From Dehalococcoidia bacterium (GTDB lineage Bacteria; Chloroflexota; Dehalococcoidia; SZUA-161; SpSt-899), in NCBI GenBank assembly GCA_028711995.1, contig JAQTRE010000004.1:1-60642 (forward strand): DNA of 60,642 nt, given 5' to 3'. How positions within the stretch are numbered: position 1 is the stretch's first letter; the number at the start of each line of letters is the position of its first letter. This document shows positions 55,664-60,642 of this stretch, one piece after another. The translations under genes and the position numbers were made by a program. The notes beneath the pieces were generated by a model, which saw only the letters and a program-made list of their open reading frames with translations, was not told the DNA's origin and ran no database searches.

Positions 55664-58393
55664 ATGTATGTAGATACACTCCCCAGGGAACTCTTGCCTC
55701 TTCCGAACTGGGTTGCATGGCGATTCGATCCCCCGCCTGAAGTAGGTGGAAAGCCCCGTAAAGTTCCCATCAACCCGAACACGGGTATGCCGGCCAGCAC
55801 CATCGATCCGGCTACCTGGAGCACCTTCGCTGGGGCCAACGAGAGAGCCGAACAGGACAGACTGAACGGCGTTGGATTCGTGTTCACCAACAGTGGCTTC
55901 ACCGGCATTGATTTGGACCATTGCGTCAGTGACGGAATCATCGAACCGTGGGTTGAACGGATCATCCAAGACTTCAACAGCTATGCAGAACTTTCCCAAT
56001 CTAGCACTGGCGTTCACATTATCGTCCAAGGGAAGTTACCTCCAGGTGCGCGCCGGAAGGGCAATATCGAGGCTTATGATTCAGGACGTTACTTTGTGAT
56101 CACCGGCGAACATCTTGAAGGGACACCGGTCACAATTGAGCCCCGTCAACCGGAACTGGCGGCTTTCCATGCCAAGCATTTGGGGAGTAACGGCCATGGG
56201 GAGGTTACTCCGGCCGCCGCCACAGTCACCATCACGATGGATGACCAAGAAATTGTTCGGCGAATGCTATCCAGCTCCAGTGGGGCCAAGATCAAGGCAC
56301 TCATGGATGGCGACACCGCCGCCTATGGCGGCGATGACTCTGCGGCAGATATGGCTTTGTGCGCGCACCTCGCCTTCTGGTGTCAAAAAGACCCCGGACA
56401 AATGGATAGGCTGTTCAGAAGTTCAGGGCTCATGCGGGCCAAGTGGGATGAAAAGCGCGGGGCTGCGACTTACGGCCAACTCACTATTGCCAGGGCCGTT
56501 GAGGGATGCCGCCAAATCTACACTCCAGGTAACCATTCTTCCAACGCCAAAGAGACGTCGGAGATCAAGAATATACCACAACCATCCCGGGCCAAAAATC
56601 CGTGGGAATATGAAATTGCTGGGGGCGAGCTTTGTCTCGTAAGAAAGGCAAGAGATGGTGGAGAGTATTTGCAACCGCTATGTTCCTTTGACCCTAAGAT
56701 CGAAGAGGAAATCATGCGTGATGACGGACTCAACACCGTTCGAGAGTATATTATCTCGGCCACCATGGACGGTGCCAATCTGCCCGCGGGTCGTGTATCC
56801 GAGGCAGACCTACAATCCGGGGCTTGGCCAAGGAAGCTGTGGGGCGCCCAAGCCAATGTCTATCCGGGGTCAACGACATCACAGCATATCCGGAGCTATC
56901 TTCAGTCTGGGCGACGGGGCACAACGGCCAAACCCATCTTCACCCATACCGGGTGGCGCCAAATAGGAAAACGGAATGTGTTTCTTTCAGCCTCTGGTGC
57001 CACCGGTCTCGAAGGCATTCAAGTCGAGCTGTCAGACCGATTAGCGCGCTACAGTTTGCCAACAGACTTCACTCGAATTTCAGCATGCGAGAGCATGAAA
57101 ACCAGCCTGAAGTTCATCGAGCCCGGCTTTGGACAGCCCGGCGTAATGGTCCCGTTATGGGCAGCAATGTATGGATGTCCCCTTATGGAATTCATGGAAC
57201 CCTCGTTCACGCTCTTCCTATGCGGCCAGTCGGGTGCCCTGAAATCAACGCTTGAAGCTCTTGCGTTGAACCACTTCGGCGAGTTCACCTATTTGAACCT
57301 ACCGTCTTCTTGGGAGGACACGGCGAATCGCCTGCAATACAATTGCTTTGTCCTCAAGGATCTTCCTCTAGTTATCGACGACTGGGCACCGGCGGCAACC
57401 GTAGCGGCTCAGCGAGAACAGGAGCAGAAAATGGCCGCGATCCTCCGTTCCCAGGGCAACCGTCAGGGCCGCGGTCGGCTGGCAGCGGACGCCAGCCCAA
57501 AGGACACCTATGTTCCACGCGGGTTGGTGATCACGTCGGGAGAGCAACTTCCCCGGGGCGAGTCCAATGCAGCACGCACGTTCACGCTTGGCCTCCAGCG
57601 CGGTCAGGTGAATATGGAGATGTTGACAGAAGCACAACAGACTGCACACATGTACCGTTACGCCATGGCCCAATATGTAGTGTGGATAACATCCCATTGG
57701 GAGTATCTGGCCAAGTATGTGCCTGATCTCTTCTTTCAGGTGCGCGATAGCGCGCAAAAGGCTGGCCTGCACCTGCGCTTACCTGGGACTCTCGGCTGGC
57801 TATATGCATCGCTCGATGTAGCCCTGAGTTTCGCCCAGGAAGCTGGAGTGCTATCGGACAGCCAAAAGTCAGAAGTGCTCAATGCCAACTGGGAAATGCT
57901 GTTCCAGTTGGCTCAAGAGCAGGGCGAGCGAGTGAACTCGAGGCGTGCCGGGGTGGTATTCCTTGGAGCCCTGCAGGCACTGTTGAGTCAAAGCAAGCTG
58001 GTCCTGATCTCCAAGAAGTTCGCTGACCTTACAGAGATTTGTGGCGCTTTGGGAGAACCAGAGCCCCGAACATTGAAAGCCCATGAAACGTTTGTGGGTT
58101 GGGAAGATGCCGAGTACCTGTATTTGATCCCTGCCGTTACCTATGAACGTGTCTATTCGTTCTTGATGGCAGCGGGCCAGGCCATCACATCAAATCCGGA
58201 CTCGGTGTGGTCAGACCTTCATGCCGGCGGTTACTCGGAATGTAATCCAGGTCGCGATACATTCGTTGCCAAAGTGGGCACGGGAGAAAAAGCCATCTCG
58301 AAGCGAGTCATCAAACTGAAGAAGAAGGTACTCGCAGACATGGAGGGGGCATGCCCCGATCAAACTGAGGGGGCCATATCCGAAAATTGGTAA
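55664..58393 (+). CDS. bifunctional primase-polymerase / helix-bundle domain / DUF927-like SF3-type helicase fusion
   Basis: 909 aa. N-terminus LPNWVAWRF..GKPRKVPINP..GFTGIDLDHC..STGVHIIVQG..IEAYDSGRYFVITG (prim-pol DxD and H motifs). DSAADMALCAHLAFWCQKDPGQMDRLFRSSGLMRAKWDEKRG..TYGQLTIARAV. C-terminal HTGWRQIG.., P-loop-like LCGQSGALKST, Walker B LPLVIDDW. Confidence 0.85.
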   Translation: MYVDTLPRELLPLPNWVAWRFDPPPEVGGKPRKVPINPNTGMPASTIDPATWSTFAGANERAEQDRLNGVGFVFTNSGFTGIDLDHCVSDGIIEPWVERIIQDFNSYAELSQSSTGVHIIVQGKLPPGARRKGNIEAYDSGRYFVITGEHLEGTPVTIEPRQPELAAFHAKHLGSNGHGEVTPAAATVTITMDDQEIVRRMLSSSSGAKIKALMDGDTAAYGGDDSAADMALCAHLAFWCQKDPGQMDRLFRSSGLMRAKWDEKRGAATYGQLTIARAVEGCRQIYTPGNHSSNAKETSEIKNIPQPSRAKNPWEYEIAGGELCLVRKARDGGEYLQPLCSFDPKIEEEIMRDDGLNTVREYIISATMDGANLPAGRVSEADLQSGAWPRKLWGAQANVYPGSTTSQHIRSYLQSGRRGTTAKPIFTHTGWRQIGKRNVFLSASGATGLEGIQVELSDRLARYSLPTDFTRISACESMKTSLKFIEPGFGQPGVMVPLWAAMYGCPLMEFMEPSFTLFLCGQSGALKSTLEALALNHFGEFTYLNLPSSWEDTANRLQYNCFVLKDLPLVIDDWAPAATVAAQREQEQKMAAILRSQGNRQGRGRLAADASPKDTYVPRGLVITSGEQLPRGESNAARTFTLGLQRGQVNMEMLTEAQQTAHMYRYAMAQYVVWITSHWEYLAKYVPDLFFQVRDSAQKAGLHLRLPGTLGWLYASLDVALSFAQEAGVLSDSQKSEVLNANWEMLFQLAQEQGERVNSRRAGVVFLGALQALLSQSKLVLISKKFADLTEICGALGEPEPRTLKAHETFVGWEDAEYLYLIPAVTYERVYSFLMAAGQAITSNPDSVWSDLHAGGYSECNPGRDTFVAKVGTGEKAISKRVIKLKKKVLADMEGACPDQTEGAISENW

Positions 58394-58636
58394 CGTGGTA
58401 ACCCAGCCATGATCTGGAAGCTGTGAATGACTCATCTACATTCAACTCTTGGTTACCAGGAGTTACCGCAAAAGTAATGTGTCGAATTCAAATGGTTACC
58501 AAAAGTTACCAGAAGTCAGAACGGTTCTCTTGGTTACCAGACCCGGTAACCATTCAGATTCAAGTTACCAACCGGTTACCAGCAAAATTTGAAGCTATCG
58601 TGAATCCAGATGCGACTACTGGTTACCAGGTTACCA
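58388..58636. repeat. iteron-like array of 12 (G)GTTACC / GGTAAC(C) heptamers, candidate replication origin
   Basis: Copies at 58389, 58397, 58451, 58462, 58494, 58505, 58532, 58545, 58564, 58574, 58621 and 58629. They are mostly in pairs 8-13 bp apart, starting at the primase stop codon. Confidence 0.85.
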
Positions 58637-58977
58637 AAAATAATATATACCCTTGAGTTTTGTGCATCGAGATAGCCCAGCAGGGATACTGAGTTTTGGA
58701 GCATCAATATCATGGATAGTTCGATAGGGGAACACAGACGAGATGGCAATGAAGGTGCAGCAGTTGTAGGGGTGAACAGTCGCGTTTTGGTCGCCCCACT
58801 AATATATCTCGTATCGAGTGTCCCGTTTTGGGACAAGGTCCCAAGGTTCCCGAAAGGACGATCATAGTCGAGCTATCCAGGCGAAGTATAGGATTTCGAT
58901 GGCAGTGAGTCATAGAGTGTGAAGCCGAAGGGATTATACACGGTCTCTTCTGATACAACGAAAAAAGGAGGGGGACA

Positions 58978-59436
58978 ATGAGAAAACTCGGCAAGTTCAA
59001 TGAGTCCAAGGCCAAAACCTTGTTGGTGGTAAAGGAGAACGAGACAAGCAATCTGCGCCGGTATCCGTGGGGTGATAAGAAGGTCAATGTCCTGACTATC
59101 GATGATGTTCATGAGTTATCCGGCGTGAGCATTCAGACACTCAGAAAGTTGATGCCTCGGTGGCACAACTGGGGGCTATTGGCACGAATTCCCGTCGCAG
59201 CCACGCAGCAGCCGCGGGGACGGGTGAAAACCTGCCGGTGTTTCAGAGAGCGCCCCGTGTGGGGCTATTTTTCTACTAAGAAGGGCTCCTCATGGTTGGA
59301 ATTCTACGCCAGGGACTATTTGGATGTTCGTCGGTTTGAAGCTGAGATCAAGGATTGGCGCGACTTGGAAACCGAGCGACTGAAGGCTGCATTGCTTCCG
59401 GCAAATCCCGGAAACGACTCCAACCGGAAGGCCTAG
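58978..59436 (+). CDS. hypothetical protein with HTH-like segment
   Basis: 152 aa. aaaggaggggg SD. LTIDDVHELSGVSIQTLRKLM resembles a helix-turn-helix. No family recognised. Confidence 0.55.
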   Translation: MRKLGKFNESKAKTLLVVKENETSNLRRYPWGDKKVNVLTIDDVHELSGVSIQTLRKLMPRWHNWGLLARIPVAATQQPRGRVKTCRCFRERPVWGYFSTKKGSSWLEFYARDYLDVRRFEAEIKDWRDLETERLKAALLPANPGNDSNRKA

Positions 59437-59643
59437 ACATCGGACTTCACGTGTCTCGACGATCGTGGCGGCGCTCACCTTTGATGTACGTGAAGTGATC
59501 CGGAGCTTGCGGATGAGTTCATAGCGTCTATCCGCTGTTCACCAAATAAAGGGGTCTCCAGAAGGGCATATCTCTCGAATCTGAAAAAACCACCAGAACC
59601 CGCACCCAACAAGGTAGTGATTCTTTGCTGATAGAGGTAGATT

Positions 59644-59931
59644 ATGGAATTCGATCAAAAACTCCTGGAGCCCGGATGGGCTGGCGATCTGTCGCCAGAA
59701 GAACTGGCATTCATCAAAGGCAAGCTGAAGTCCGACCGGCGATTAAGGGCAAGGTGGGGCATGCCAAGGGGCACTGGTAAAGTGAACGATGAGAAAATCC
59801 GCTTGGTGGCAATCGGTGGAACCAATAGCCCTGAATTATCATCTCACAAACCAGTGGAAGGCGTTTTCCACGCACGACGAAATTTAGAACAACCGTCGCC
59901 CTGTACGATTCATCAACTCGCTCTTGTTTAA
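59644..59931 (+). CDS. hypothetical protein
   Basis: 95-aa ORF with a gataga-ggtag purine-rich stretch upstream. No recognisable motif. Confidence 0.35.
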   Translation: MEFDQKLLEPGWAGDLSPEELAFIKGKLKSDRRLRARWGMPRGTGKVNDEKIRLVAIGGTNSPELSSHKPVEGVFHARRNLEQPSPCTIHQLALV

Positions 59932-60642
59932 GCCGAAGAACACACCATTGTTATTCGCCATGTACTGGCTATCGCCACCACCATATCCATCATTTCCACC
60001 ATCACCGTGGTGATCACTGCCATCATCACCCTCATCCACAATTTCCCTCTTTGGCGTGGGAAAAAGCCGCCGAAGTTACCGAAACTGCTACGGCGATCAT
60101 GTACGTATCAGCGGCAATGGGAACAGGGGAACTACCGCTCGCGTCAAGGAGAGGTTCCCAAACGACGCAATTTTGAGAAACCCGGGGATATCTGCTGAGC
60201 GAAAACCTTGTGTACGGCAATGGTCAGAAGCAATGGCACGACCGTGGGTTTTATCATTAGTGTGAAGTGTCGGCTTCAGTGCATGTCCTCTGGGCTTTCA
60301 GACAATCATACAGAAGTAGTTTGCGCTCCATTCAGGGACCGCAATCCCCCGTAGCTACCACAGCGTTTTGGTAAAAATGGATGTCTCACACGGACTTCCT
60401 TCCCCTCTGTCAGTTCTGCTGAGATCACCCTTCCACATGTAGCGTGGTAATGGTACGAATCTCCCGTTTTGACTGCTAGGACCTTGGGGGGTATAATGAT
60501 TGCAGCCTATACTAGGGAACCTCTGATCAAGTCCGTCGAAAAATAAATTCAGCGGAATTCCCTCAATAAAATAACGTCGAAGTGTGGGTTTTCCGTGGTT
60601 CCGCTCTCTGAATAACCCCTTTTCAGGGGAAATCCTGTCTGC

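Larger units (their letters stand above)
53375..60642. mobile_element. integrative mobile element (PICI/satellite-like or integrative-plasmid-like); right end beyond the window
   Basis: int, 219-aa ORF, divergent xis-like, prim-pol/helicase, iteron array, small HTH ORFs. No capsid, terminase or lysis genes in the visible 7.3 kb. Confidence 0.75.

Noticed and set aside
58423-58656. 77-aa ORF downstream of the primase.
   Set aside because: Its sequence is the translation of the GGTTACC iterons (WLPGVT, VTKSYQ, WLPDPVT, GYQVTK). It has no SD.
59932-60220. Minus-strand ORFs, including a Gly/Asp/His-rich frame (VDEGDDGSDHHGDGGNDGYGGGDSQ..) and the 62-aa ORF 60032..60220.
   Set aside because: They are short, have no convincing start or SD, and are low-complexity. 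The evidence is not sufficient to call a gene.
1-60642. Selenoprotein genes (in-frame TGA) given the presence of tRNA-Sec.
   Set aside because: No pair of adjacent same-frame ORFs belonging to a known selenoprotein family, separated by a single TGA, was apparent. This cannot be excluded without a SECIS or selenoprotein search.
60560-60642. Hairpin-containing sequence at the window end (ccccttttcagggg) as the first repeat of a CRISPR array or as an att site.
   Set aside because: Only one copy is visible before the window ends, so nothing can be concluded.

Overview
A 60.6-kb bacterial chromosomal window. The taxon is only an inference: Sms/RadA, ClpC, a type IV pilin and dense small palindromic repeats are reminiscent of Chloroflexota-type MAGs. 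All calls come from reading the ORF translations and the DNA by eye, with no database searches. About 70% is housekeeping:
- a partial dgt-like HD hydrolase and ppdK
- a radical SAM gene followed by yggS-proC-yggT
- an amidohydrolase
- a J-domain/solute-binding fusion next to an MA-type peptidase
- cutA, a class II aldolase and a cyclophilin
- an ABC-2 exporter
- sirC-hemA-hemC-hemL
- etfBA
- cobalamin nucleotide-loop genes (cobT-cobS-cobC behind a cobalamin riboswitch, plus cbiB-cobD)
- two tandem HgdC/BcrAD-type activase ATPases
- clpC, radA and guaB3
- the AmmeMemoRadiSam triad.

Three accessory segments stand out.
1. 36.8-44.2 kb is a toxin-antitoxin island (three hicAB pairs, higBA, brnTA and two orphan antitoxin-like genes). 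In its first 4 kb the cassettes are separated by five direct copies of the 3' end of the neighbouring activase gene and by hairpin repeats. No recombinase gene lies in the island. The island also separates a pilin gene from its prepilin peptidase.
2. 53.3-60.6 kb is an integrative element abutting the 5' end of a tRNA-Sec gene. It carries an integrase, an unknown 219-aa gene, a divergent xis-like gene, a 909-aa primase-polymerase/helicase fusion and a striking GGTTACC iteron array. The layout resembles a PICI/satellite, and the window end truncates it.
3. 26.3-28.3 kb holds two secreted proteins that share a PEP-CTERM-like C-terminal sorting signal.

At least four families of MITE/REP-like repeats create many spurious ORFs in the track.
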